A DNA stretch of 64,000 nt, from the NCBI GenBank assembly GCA_963695855.1, contig CAVOHZ010000004.1, positions 32,001-96,000 of the forward strand, given 5' to 3'. The position numbers and the translations under genes are program-made. This DNA comes from an uncultured Nitrososphaerales archaeon. GTDB lineage: Archaea > Thermoproteota > Nitrososphaeria > Nitrososphaerales > Nitrososphaeraceae. The notes below the pieces were generated by a model. The model had not been told where the DNA came from and did no database searches. It was given only the letters and a program-made list of their open reading frames with translations. Positions 54,005-63,727 of this stretch are shown one piece after another (within the stretch, counting starts at the first letter, position 1; each line of letters begins with the position of its first letter).

Positions 54005-55474
54005 CTATTTTTCTGTTTTTATAGGTACGGTAAAACTAAATGTCGCACCTTTGTCTTGATTATTCTCTGCCCATATCTTTCCGCCATGTTTTTCTATTAT
54101 ATTTTTGCAAATATATAGTCCCAGCCCTGTTCCTGATTTTGAACCTGTCACAAACTTTGTAAATAGCTTATCTTTTATCTTTGATGGAATACCAGGCCCG
54201 TTATCTGAGAACTTTACAAGGACATCGTTATTTTGTCTCTGTACAGATACAATTACTTGGCCTTCTTCTAAAATCTTTATAGCATTATTGATTATATTTA
54301 AAAAAACTTGGTTTACACGTAATTTGTCCGCAACCAGTCTAACTGACTTTTCTTTACTCTTTAAAACTAAACTAATATTTTTCCCTTTGGTTTGATTTTC
54401 CAACTCCCTTAATAGATCTCTTACAGATTCCATTAAATCAAATTCTTCAAGATTAAGAGTTAAAAGCTCACCATCTATACGAGCCACATCTAAAAGATTA
54501 TCCGTAAGAAACTGAAGTTTTTTAGCATTGCTGACAATTATCCTAAGTAAATCCTCCTTCTTATCAGGATCAAGGTTCTTGTTAGAAAGCATAACTTCGG
54601 CAAGACCTAAAATAGGCTGAATTGGATTTCGTATCTCGTGTGCTGCTTCATTAATAAATTGTCTTTGTGTCTGACTTGTCTCTTTTAATTGCTGGTAGAG
54701 GTCATCTGCTTTTTTATAGATATCCGCCTGTTTCCACAAATTCTCAAATATAGATACATAATATAATACTGTTGACTTGCTATTTGAATACGTAGACAAT
54801 CCCATCGCATCAATAGAATCTTCCGCTGAATCTTTTTGTAATTCAACCGCAAGAGAGAATCTTCTGTCAATTATCAAAATAGTGATGTTGAGGTGCAATG
54901 GTTCTGGTAGATACTGTACGCCTATTGCATAATCATTTTTCAAATTATCAACGGTTGTTTGTAGCTTTTCATCGAAAGGAGTTAGAATTCTAATATTAAC
55001 ATTTTTTGATGGATCCTCTTTTATCTTTTTTATAATTGCAAATCCGTCTGCATGATTTATTCGCCTGTAAAAGGCATTTGCAGAAGAAAAAAGTAATAGA
55101 ATTTCTTGTTCTGCGGATCCAACCAGTTTAATAGCCGTTGCTAGTGCCTCTTGAGGATTCTTGATTACTTCGATATAATGATCTTTTGATTCAATATCTA
55201 TTTCTCTTATTTCGTCATATGACGGTACAACTTTGTTCCAAAAAGGATCTGAAATAATTTCTGTATTTCCTGTAAAACTTGTAATATTTTTTCCATAAAA
55301 ATGGTCAAGTCTTTTGAACATGGTGACACATTGATTTGTATCAAAAAAATACTTCGATCCAGAAATAGATTCTTGAATAATTTCGTTAGGGTCCCTATTT
55401 ATCAGAGATTTGCCACACAGGGAACATTTGAATTCAGTTTTGTTATTTGAAGTATTTATATGATTACTCATCAT
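54005..55474 (-). CDS. Cytoplasmic sensor histidine kinase: TRASH-like, PLD/TrmB-like, HisKA, HATPase domains
   Basis: H-box 'AAHEIRNPIQPI', N-box 'NIINNAIK', 'DNGPGI', 'GTGLGL'; N-terminal 'CSLCGK..YFFDTNQC'. Confidence 0.93.
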   Translation of the reverse strand: MMSNHINTSNNKTEFKCSLCGKSLINRDPNEIIQESISGSKYFFDTNQCVTMFKRLDHFYGKNITSFTGNTEIISDPFWNKVVPSYDEIREIDIESKDHYIEVIKNPQEALATAIKLVGSAEQEILLLFSSANAFYRRINHADGFAIIKKIKEDPSKNVNIRILTPFDEKLQTTVDNLKNDYAIGVQYLPEPLHLNITILIIDRRFSLAVELQKDSAEDSIDAMGLSTYSNSKSTVLYYVSIFENLWKQADIYKKADDLYQQLKETSQTQRQFINEAAHEIRNPIQPILGLAEVMLSNKNLDPDKKEDLLRIIVSNAKKLQFLTDNLLDVARIDGELLTLNLEEFDLMESVRDLLRELENQTKGKNISLVLKSKEKSVRLVADKLRVNQVFLNIINNAIKILEEGQVIVSVQRQNNDVLVKFSDNGPGIPSKIKDKLFTKFVTGSKSGTGLGLYICKNIIEKHGGKIWAENNQDKGATFSFTVPIKTEK

Positions 55475-55554
55475 TTTCCACGAGGTACTATATTAAATAT
55501 GTATAATTTTTATCTTTTTTAAACTATTTGAATTATAAAGTAAATTTGATATTG

Positions 55555-55765
55555 CTAATGAGACGAGGTTACCAGATCCATGCAGAATTCATTGCCATAA
55601 ATTCCTGAAAATCTTTCAAAGAGAATTTTACAATTTTTTTTATCAAAAAGAAACTCGTATGTAGTATCGTTTATGGATCTGATGGTTTTTATCAGGGTAT
55701 CAGTATTTTCTATTGTACAACCACATAAACTACATTTTAATTTCAGGATAATATATTATGCTCAT
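55555..55765 (-). pseudogene. Third TRASH-like microprotein, frameshifted near its start
   Basis: MSIIYYPEIK then +1 shift at an A4 run (55735-55738) into 'CSLCGCTIE..YEFLFDKKNCKILFERFSGIYGNEF...*'. Confidence 0.65.
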
Positions 55766-55944
55766 TAACAGATATAAAGGCTAGTATAAATTTTTATTTA
55801 TATCATAATTAAAAACTCAATTTACCATATGTCTTACTTTATGATCATAGATAACAATATTATTGTATTTTTTTCATATAGTTATTATCAGTCGAAACAG
55901 CAATTAATAAAAAAAGAAGCCTATTAAAGTAAATGAATGATGTT

Positions 55945-56808
55945 TCATAACTTCTTTGAACAAACAATTCCATAACGTAATAATCCGTTATTAAGACAGT
56001 TACATTCTAAAATATTTCTATCTTGTTCTTCATCAATATGTATCCTTAAAATTGGATCGCTGATATCTTCATGTAATCTATCCAATCGTATTATTCCCTC
56101 CTCATAAGATTTTTTTACATTCAGACTGACATCTTTGGTAATGACATCACCATAGCCAGCCAGTTGTAAGAGTAGACTGATTTGATCCAGTGAGCAAAGA
56201 TCGATACAAGATTTTTTGCAGATCTTAGTTAATAGGTTGTTTTCATAACTAGAAATGTAACCATTTCTAGAAAAATAATCAGATATTACTAGTCGTCCAC
56301 CTTTTTTAAGAACTCGAAAGGCTTCTTTCAAGAAATTGTTCTTATCAATGGCATAACAAAAACTTTCGATAGCTATCACAACATCAAAGGATTCTTTGTC
56401 AAATTTTAGATCAGTAATATCCATTGTTTCAAAAGTTACCATACTATCTATTTTTTTATCTCCTGAAAGTTTTTTTGCCAGAAAGATCTCATTGTCAACT
56501 AAAGAAACACCTTTGACTTTACATCCTCTATTCTGTGCCCACCAGATGGAGCTTCCTCCTACTCCACATCCAGCATCTAAAACTAGATCACCTTCCTGAA
56601 GTTTAGCTGCATCTGAAACAATTTCATTCATTTTCAATAGTGATTCTTCATGAGAAATTTCCTTTTCATTGTCTTCGTAATATCCCATGTGTAGAGCAAG
56701 GTTATCATAATCTCCCCAAATATCAAGATACAGTTTATGATATGTCTCATAAAATTTGTAAACTTCATCTATCCTATTTTCATGAGTATATTCCAAATTA
56801 TATACCAC
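55945..56808 (-). CDS. SAM-dependent methyltransferase (tocopherol/sterol/RebM-like)
   Basis: 'LHMGYY', 'VLDAGCGVGGS', 'FDVVIAIESFCY', 'RVLKKGGRLVISD'. Confidence 0.9.
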   Translation of the reverse strand: MVYNLEYTHENRIDEVYKFYETYHKLYLDIWGDYDNLALHMGYYEDNEKEISHEESLLKMNEIVSDAAKLQEGDLVLDAGCGVGGSSIWWAQNRGCKVKGVSLVDNEIFLAKKLSGDKKIDSMVTFETMDITDLKFDKESFDVVIAIESFCYAIDKNNFLKEAFRVLKKGGRLVISDYFSRNGYISSYENNLLTKICKKSCIDLCSLDQISLLLQLAGYGDVITKDVSLNVKKSYEEGIIRLDRLHEDISDPILRIHIDEEQDRNILECNCLNNGLLRYGIVCSKKL

Positions 56809-56926
56809 GATAGTTTTCCTCCACTAGGTTCAAGAATAAAATCATATTCTGTACTAAAACCTATTATAAAAATATGATGGGATTATTATCGCTAGGTGTA
56901 TTGTTACTAACCTATAATAATATCTT

Positions 56927-57889
56927 TTATTTTTTTCTTGAACTGATATAAAAATAAGTATGCATGTGTATTATAAAAATTCCAAAAATTCCCAAAATAC
57001 CTCCAAATAATGCCAGTATCACGTTATCTGGGAGAGTATTTTGAATTGCCAAACGAGTTAGAAGAATTTGAATAATCAATGTTAACAATATTCGTGATGA
57101 AGCAATTGTGGACGTTAAAGAAGCACCAATCCTCTTCAAGCCTTCGACATATAAAATCGTTCCTAGTAATGGTAACAGAGAAAAAATAAAAAATATATAC
57201 CAATAAGATACAAGTAATTGAAACGATAATTCCGGCGAGAAGATTATCATGATTACAATCAATATTGATCCCGATATCAGTAGACACATTCCAGAAATTT
57301 CTATTGGAGAGTGTCTTGTTGACAACCTCGTCAAAAAGAAGACTGCAAGTGCAAAGAAGATTGCTGAAAAAACTGCTTCTATATCACCAAATTCAATAGA
57401 AAATTGAAATAGATCAAAATTAACACTTAAAATTGGAACACCTATACTATTATCAACTATACTATTGTCACTTAATAGTACTATGACAAATCCAGTAATA
57501 GCTACTGCTACTCCAGTAAATTGTACTTTATTCAGTCTTTCATGTAAAAACAATCTTGCTAAGAGCAATATTGTTATTGTTTCCATTGGACCAGACAAAA
57601 GACTTTCTTTTGAAGCTCCGATTCTACTTACTGCATCATACCATGTAAAAATACCTATTGAAAGAAAGATGGAGGCAGGAATGAAATCCTTCCAGGATTT
57701 AAAAATCGAAAATTTCTTCTTTGTAAAGATAATTGACAATAAAAGAAGTATTGTTCCTGACATAGCAATACTAAAAGCCGAAATTGACAAGGGGGATATT
57801 CCTAGTAAGCGAGTAAGATACTCTATGAGGATAGATTCTATTGATAAAACAAATGCAAATAAAAAAACTATCCACGATCTTTTAATCAA
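56927..57889 (-). CDS. DMT/EamA family transporter
   Basis: About 10 TM, duplicated EamA halves ('RIGAS' twice, 'LFLHERL'). Confidence 0.88.
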   Translation of the reverse strand: MIKRSWIVFLFAFVLSIESILIEYLTRLLGISPLSISAFSIAMSGTILLLLSIIFTKKKFSIFKSWKDFIPASIFLSIGIFTWYDAVSRIGASKESLLSGPMETITILLLARLFLHERLNKVQFTGVAVAITGFVIVLLSDNSIVDNSIGVPILSVNFDLFQFSIEFGDIEAVFSAIFFALAVFFLTRLSTRHSPIEISGMCLLISGSILIVIMIIFSPELSFQLLVSYWYIFFIFSLLPLLGTILYVEGLKRIGASLTSTIASSRILLTLIIQILLTRLAIQNTLPDNVILALFGGILGIFGIFIIHMHTYFYISSRKK

Positions 57890-58145
57890 TACTAATTACT
57901 ACTAGTCTACATTTCCATCTAAAAATAAACCTTCCTAAGGAAAAAAATTGTCTATGGACTATACATAGTACCATAAATTTTATAATGTGACAAACCAATT
58001 TTGTAGTTGAATGACAGATATATTATATAATATCCGCATTGAAAATAGTATATTGATTACAATAACATATTCATCAAGGGAAAACTGTATGTTTCTAAAG
58101 GCGAGACATATATAATATAAATAACTTCTAAATTAGAAAAAATCC

Positions 58146-59027
58146 CTAAGGCATATTCATATTCATATTTGACTGTCCATCCATCATATTCATATTCATA
58201 TTCATATTCATATTCGTTCTAGTTTTCAAATTGAAGGCATCTTGCAATTCTGGATGTATAGTAAGGTGCACCAACCTCATCAGATCGCTAGCAGATCCAA
58301 CATTTAATAAAATACTATGCAAATTGTCTATGTTCTTTTCCAATTTATCTAACAACAAAGAATCAGTTTTGGATTCACCAGAAAGCGAGTTTGTGGATTT
58401 TAAATAATTAAATATATTTTTCACCTCCATGGTCAATGCAAGAGCTGTCTCATAATTATCATAATTGAAAATTGTATTATTTGTTGAAATGAGTTTTTGA
58501 TATTGCTTATAGTTAGGACTGGAGTAATTGATAGGAATATTAGAATTTATAGATTTTTTAAAATGATCCAAAACGCCCAAGTTAGACATATTGGTCAAAT
58601 CAACATCCAAAATGATTGCTGAGGCGTATTCACGTAGAATTTGATCAATTAGATCAGCTGTTACTAAAGAGTGAATAGTACTGTTTTTACTAGATATCTC
58701 CTTGTTGTATCTTTTAATAAAATCATTATCATCAACTATATCATCGTCAACGTAATAGACATCATTTACTAGCCTTGCAGCATTGTCAGAGTGATCCATT
58801 GATAGTGTTATATTTACTGGAAAATTCTTCTTTGCAAGTTCTAGCTGAATAGCTGCTTGTTTTGACATCGCAAGAAATGTTACAGAATCATCAGAAGTAA
58901 AACTATGACCAAATGCATAGTTGTCAGTATTAGTATTTGAAATACTATTCAAAGAGAAAATCAAACCCATTCCAAATAAAATGGATAAAAGTGAGATATT
59001 ATGATGGGTATAATAATGGCTACTCAT
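58146..59027 (-). CDS. Secreted helical protein with predicted mature N-terminal His and Met/Asn-rich tail
   Basis: Signal peptide ending 'YAFG|HSF'; 'HLTIHPEL'; (ATGAAT)n tail 'MNMNMNMNMMDGQSNMNMNMP'. Confidence 0.75.
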   Translation of the reverse strand: MSSHYYTHHNISLLSILFGMGLIFSLNSISNTNTDNYAFGHSFTSDDSVTFLAMSKQAAIQLELAKKNFPVNITLSMDHSDNAARLVNDVYYVDDDIVDDNDFIKRYNKEISSKNSTIHSLVTADLIDQILREYASAIILDVDLTNMSNLGVLDHFKKSINSNIPINYSSPNYKQYQKLISTNNTIFNYDNYETALALTMEVKNIFNYLKSTNSLSGESKTDSLLLDKLEKNIDNLHSILLNVGSASDLMRLVHLTIHPELQDAFNLKTRTNMNMNMNMNMMDGQSNMNMNMP

Positions 59028-59164
59028 AAACTACGAACTAAAAATTAATTTTCTCTAATAAAACTATTTTGAAATAAAATTTGTTTGATATCTTCCAAGG
59101 CAGTTTATTAAACGAAATAAACATAGTGTTTAAATTTATTTATATGATTTGTTTATAAAAAAAT

Positions 59165-59350
59165 ATGCCAGTAATTCAAATTACTATGAACGAGGGAAGG
59201 AGTATTGAACAAAAAAGAGAATTGGTAAAGGTTTTAACAAGGGAAACAGCTCGCATATTACAAGCTAAAGAAGAAAACATGAGAATACTAATTTATGAGA
59301 TATCAAAAGAGAATTGGGGCAACGGTGGAATTCTAGGATCTGACTTGTAA
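59165..59350 (+). CDS. 4-oxalocrotonate tautomerase family protein
   Basis: Catalytic Pro1 'MPVIQI', 'GRSIEQKREL', 'ENWGNGG'. Confidence 0.93.
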   Translation: MPVIQITMNEGRSIEQKRELVKVLTRETARILQAKEENMRILIYEISKENWGNGGILGSDL

Positions 59351-59564
59351 CTTTAAATCTAAAAGATCGCTTAAAATTTTCTTATTTTATGCCTAAATTA
59401 CATATACAAAAATTGGGTGAGGACAAAGTATAAATCTACTAGAGAAAATTATACCAACCAAAAATTTTTCATATACATCTACTGATAAAATTATTTAATA
59501 TTATTTATTTATAAAATTCAAATGTTTGTCTTTATTCATACCGACAATAATAAAAACCAAGTAA

Positions 59565-59786
59565 CTACACATGCACAATACGTGTAAATTCCTTTTTTGT
59601 CTCGGTAAAAATAATCTTTCCTACATATTCATCTATTCCTAGATCTTGTGCTATCTTTGAGGGTTCGTTATCTAATATCGATTCAATTGTGAATCCTGCA
59701 TTATTTAACGCATCTTTTAAGCCTCGAGATATTTTTATCAGACTGATTCTGTTGTAGTTAGTCATTACCTGTTTATTTATGAGCAT
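59565..59786 (-). CDS. Small helix-hairpin-helix-like protein
   Basis: 'LNNAGFTIESI...IAQDLGIDEYVGKII' resembles the RadA N-terminal HhH domain. Confidence 0.6.
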   Translation of the reverse strand: MLINKQVMTNYNRISLIKISRGLKDALNNAGFTIESILDNEPSKIAQDLGIDEYVGKIIFTETKKEFTRIVHV

Positions 59787-59910
59787 CGTACAACAAAAAT
59801 TTATCCTATATACTATTTTTAAAATACTTAGATCTATATATCATGAAATATAATACGTAAAACAACAGCATAAAACATATGTTGGTTGTCATTTAAGATT
59901 AAAATGCAAT

Positions 59911-60315
59911 TTGAACGATATATTAGATGTATATTTTGACGATTTGAATAAGAAAATCTATATCCGTTTAGATTGTTCATGGTCTCCAGAAACTGTAAAG
60001 AAAATTGTTATGAATTTACCTATTAAAACGTACATGAACCAATGGGGAGAAGAACTCTATAGCGATGATACAAAAATCGATGTCAAATACGAAAATCCGA
60101 AAAAAGAAGTAGAAATTTTTGATGTTGCTTTCTGGCCTGAAGGAAAAGCAATTTGCTTATTTTTTGGTCCTACGCCAATAAGCAAAATTGACAAGATATT
60201 ACCTTATTCACCGGTAAATGTTATTGGAAGAGTAATTAATCCCGATCAAAATATTATAGAAGTTTTAAAACACAAAAACAGAACACACGTGACTATTAGC
60301 AAAAGTTCACAATAA
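59911..60315 (+). CDS. Cyclophilin-like fold protein (DUF369/TM1367)
   Basis: 'WGEELY', 'DVAFWPEGKAICLFFGPTP', 'SPVNVIG'. Confidence 0.88.
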   Translation: MNDILDVYFDDLNKKIYIRLDCSWSPETVKKIVMNLPIKTYMNQWGEELYSDDTKIDVKYENPKKEVEIFDVAFWPEGKAICLFFGPTPISKIDKILPYSPVNVIGRVINPDQNIIEVLKHKNRTHVTISKSSQ

Positions 60316-60397
60316 CATGATATTTCATTACCATTTCAAAACATTTTTTGAAGAGATGATTCAAGCAATAATAAAATACAGTAGAATTGGCTTTAAG

Positions 60398-61033
60398 ATG
60401 TTGTTACATTTGAAAGGAATAATTTTTGATATGGATGGAGTATTGGTTGATTCTATGCCATCGCATTCTCGGGCATGGCAATTGGCTTTTGAAAATGTAG
60501 CAAATATTCAAGTTGAAAGTAAACTCATATACAAAAATGAGGGAAGAAGAGGGATGGAATTAGTAAGAGAGATACTTGCTACTAAAAGTATTTATGTTAC
60601 AGATATATCCATCATAGAGAAAATAGTTAGAAAAAAAAGTGAGATTTTTAAGAATATAGGTAGTTTCAAGTTATTTCCAGGTGTTAAAAAGGTAATATCT
60701 AGTTTACCTTGTAGAAAGGCAGTAGTTAGCGGGTCTACAAAGTCTGACGTTTTTAATATCATAAATCATAGCTTTGGAAATAAGATATTTGATGTCGTGA
60801 TGACTGCAGATGATATTGCCAATGGAAAACCAAGTCCTATGCCGTTTATCAAAGCTTTACAAGAACTAGATTTAGAACCTGAAAATACTCTTGTAGTTGA
60901 AAATGCACCATTAGGGGTACTGGCTTCAATAAATGCAGGAATAGAATGTATTGTGACATTAACCTGTATTTTGTGCAAAAGATACTTTTTTACCTTGAAA
61001 TTTTGGATCAAACCAGCGAGGTTCAATCTTTGA
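60398..61033 (+). CDS. HAD-superfamily phosphatase (beta-PGM/CbbY-like), C-terminus possibly truncated
   Basis: 'IFDMDGVLVDS', 'VSG', 'GKPSP', 'VENAPLG'; last 75 nt overlap the convergent gene. Confidence 0.85.
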   Translation: MLLHLKGIIFDMDGVLVDSMPSHSRAWQLAFENVANIQVESKLIYKNEGRRGMELVREILATKSIYVTDISIIEKIVRKKSEIFKNIGSFKLFPGVKKVISSLPCRKAVVSGSTKSDVFNIINHSFGNKIFDVVMTADDIANGKPSPMPFIKALQELDLEPENTLVVENAPLGVLASINAGIECIVTLTCILCKRYFFTLKFWIKPARFNL

Positions 61034-62101
61034 GAAGATTAGAGAGCCTATCACACCCATTACAGCACCTATAACTATCGTAAAAAAAGATAGTGGCACA
61101 AGGGTATTCAGAAAGGTTGGTAATACCCCAGTAATTGAATCTAAATTGGCATTTAATGCATTTCCATAGGTCCATGTAATCATAGGGTAATTGAAAAAAT
61201 AAAAAACCGATCCCATTATTGCTCCCACCGCCAGTTTATTATACTTAAATTTTAATTCATTTTTGAACAATCTAGAATTTAATATAATATCCGAAAGAAG
61301 AGATGCACTTAATATAGTAACAATGTACCACGGCAAAACAGGTGACAATAGACCCTTAGCAGGGATTATGTCTGCAAAAATATTAATAACAAGCAATAGT
61401 GAAGCAATAACAAATCCACTGCCAAAACTATTATTTAACGCTCTAGAGGAACTTAAAAATATTATAGAATTGATTAATGGAAGGGATATGCTGGCAATTA
61501 TTGTCGCACTATAAGAATCGAGATTAAAGTTAAAAAAATCGGAATCAGAAAATGGTAATACAAACATGAAAGTATACCATATAGATGTATACCACAATGA
61601 TGTAAGCGAAGGAATTAGAAAGAATTGTATTAAACGCTTTCTTTTCGGGATATAACTCATTAATCTATATAATCCCATGAATACTGCGACGGAATTTACT
61701 AACATTCCCGTAACCAAAGTAGCATGTGATGGACTCAAAAGACCGTCAAAGCCAAAGGTGTTATGCCATAGAAAATCAGAAGGACCTGCAATAACAGCCA
61801 ACAAAGATCCTATTACCAAAAGCTTGAATGCTCCTGCAACAGATGTATTTTTTATTTCCTGGCTTCTCATTAAGATACAACCCAATAGAGCAGAAAGTGA
61901 GATTAGACCAACTCCAGTATATAGCATAGTATGAGATGGTGTAAAGAATGATTCTGGTTCTTGTAGAATATGGGATGTTACATCCCAACTACCTCCACTA
62001 ATTTGTACAAGAGAACTGATTGAAGATACAATTAGAATAAAAAGAGATATTTCAAAACGAGAGTGCGACAGAAAAACAGATTTTGCACTGCTAATATTCA
62101 T
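60959..62101 (-). CDS. Polytopic membrane protein with two D-x3-H-x12-H motifs
   Basis: 'WDVTSHILQEPESFFTPSH' and 'SDFLWHNTFGFDGLLSPSH'; about 10 TM. Confidence 0.8.
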   Translation of the reverse strand: MNISSAKSVFLSHSRFEISLFILIVSSISSLVQISGGSWDVTSHILQEPESFFTPSHTMLYTGVGLISLSALLGCILMRSQEIKNTSVAGAFKLLVIGSLLAVIAGPSDFLWHNTFGFDGLLSPSHATLVTGMLVNSVAVFMGLYRLMSYIPKRKRLIQFFLIPSLTSLWYTSIWYTFMFVLPFSDSDFFNFNLDSYSATIIASISLPLINSIIFLSSSRALNNSFGSGFVIASLLLVINIFADIIPAKGLLSPVLPWYIVTILSASLLSDIILNSRLFKNELKFKYNKLAVGAIMGSVFYFFNYPMITWTYGNALNANLDSITGVLPTFLNTLVPLSFFTIVIGAVMGVIGSLIFSKIEPRWFDPKFQGKKVSFAQNTG

Positions 62102-62439
62102 AACAAATCTAATTTGATAGAACTAATAAGGATAACTAAAAGAGTATGACGAGATTTTTTATATAGATGGATACTTTTAATATTTAAAATGACAATAACA
62201 ACCTCTAATAGTAAAAGTAAAAGTTAATAGTTAGTTAAAAATATTTCAAAATTTTAGTCCTAGTGGTCGGACCGTAAAAAAATTTAGTATCACTTTTCTG
62301 ATATGCCAAATAACAAAAAGCATGTTTGAAAGATAACCTGTCGACAGATGTTTGTCCAAATATATAATTCATAGGATAATACCAGTAATTTTGATTATAA
62401 AAGAAACATATAGAAACAACAATAATAATTATTTTATGG

Positions 62440-63552
62440 ATGGCAAAAATCGTCAATCATGCTATTATTTTTGTTGTGATGTCAATATTTTTTGTTACAT
62501 GCACGTTGGGATCTGTAAATGCTCAAAGCTCTAACATTACAGAAAAAGAGGATTTATCCCTTAACGACTTGTTTGACATAGTTGAAAATTCTGTTGTACA
62601 GATAACTAAAACAATACCCTCTGAAAATCCATTTGGTCCAAACAACGAGAATAGTACTTCTCTAGGATCAGGATTCATTTACAGCAATGATGGACATATA
62701 GTTACAAATAATCACGTAGTAGAACACGCAAAATCTGTAGATGTAACTTTCATTAACGGTGATAGATATACTGCTAATGTAACTGGGACGGATGTTTTTA
62801 GCGATCTAGCTGTAATCAAGATTAATGAAAATGTTACAAAATTACCCTTGGTGCTAACTCTTGGAAATTCATCTCAGCTTAAGGTCGGAGATCAAGTAGT
62901 TGCAATAGGAAATCCATTTGGATTAGAAGGATCGATGACAACAGGTATCGTAAGTCAAATAGGCAGGCTTTTGTCTGTTGATGACAAAGGATTTTCAATT
63001 CCAAATGCAATTCAGACTGATGCATCTATTAATCCAGGCAACTCTGGAGGGCCATTATTAGATATGAAAGGTCAGGTAATAGGGGTAAATACTGCTGGAA
63101 TTTTTCCAGGAGGAATCGGACTTGCTGTTCCTTCCAATACTGTAGCGCGCATAATTCCAGTACTTATTGAACATGCAAATTATACCCATCCATGGCTTGG
63201 AATAACAGGAACCACGCTTACATCAGACCTCGCCAAGAGAGAACACTTGGATAGAAGTCAAAAAGGTGTTATACTTGACACTATAGTAAAGGCAAGTCCT
63301 GCTGATTTGGCCGGATTAAACGGAAGTATGGTGAATCAATATGGTGAAAAGAGAGGAGGAGATCTGATTACTGCTATAGATGGAAAGCCAATATTAAAAA
63401 TTGAAGACTTGATTTCTTACTTGGAGATCAATAAAGCTGTAAACGAGAATGCCACCTTATCTATATATAGAGATGGAGAGATTTTGGAAAAAGAGATCAT
63501 GTTGAAGAGTAGACCAGTACCCACACCACCTATCAATCAAACGAAGAGTTAG
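62440..63552 (+). CDS. htrA: HtrA/DegP-like trypsin serine protease with PDZ domain
   Basis: 'GSGF', 'TNNHVV', 'DLAVIK', 'INPGNSGGPL', C-terminal PDZ; signal peptide. Confidence 0.95.
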   Translation: MAKIVNHAIIFVVMSIFFVTCTLGSVNAQSSNITEKEDLSLNDLFDIVENSVVQITKTIPSENPFGPNNENSTSLGSGFIYSNDGHIVTNNHVVEHAKSVDVTFINGDRYTANVTGTDVFSDLAVIKINENVTKLPLVLTLGNSSQLKVGDQVVAIGNPFGLEGSMTTGIVSQIGRLLSVDDKGFSIPNAIQTDASINPGNSGGPLLDMKGQVIGVNTAGIFPGGIGLAVPSNTVARIIPVLIEHANYTHPWLGITGTTLTSDLAKREHLDRSQKGVILDTIVKASPADLAGLNGSMVNQYGEKRGGDLITAIDGKPILKIEDLISYLEINKAVNENATLSIYRDGEILEKEIMLKSRPVPTPPINQTKS

Positions 63553-63727
63553 AAAATCCTTATTTTCCTATCTTCATTTTATATTGAATTTCTAATTTTT
63601 TCGTTTATTAACTATCGAGTATTAGAATTATTATAATAAAATTTAAATCCATACAAATATAATTCCATTCGTTATATTTGTTAGATGAGGCTAACATTTA
63701 TTTATGCACGAAAGCTATTATATTTGT

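Noticed and set aside
60959-62101. Calling this gene amoC
   Set aside because: About twice the length of archaeal AmoC, motif duplicated, no other similarity evident and no amoA/amoB nearby; reported only as motif resemblance
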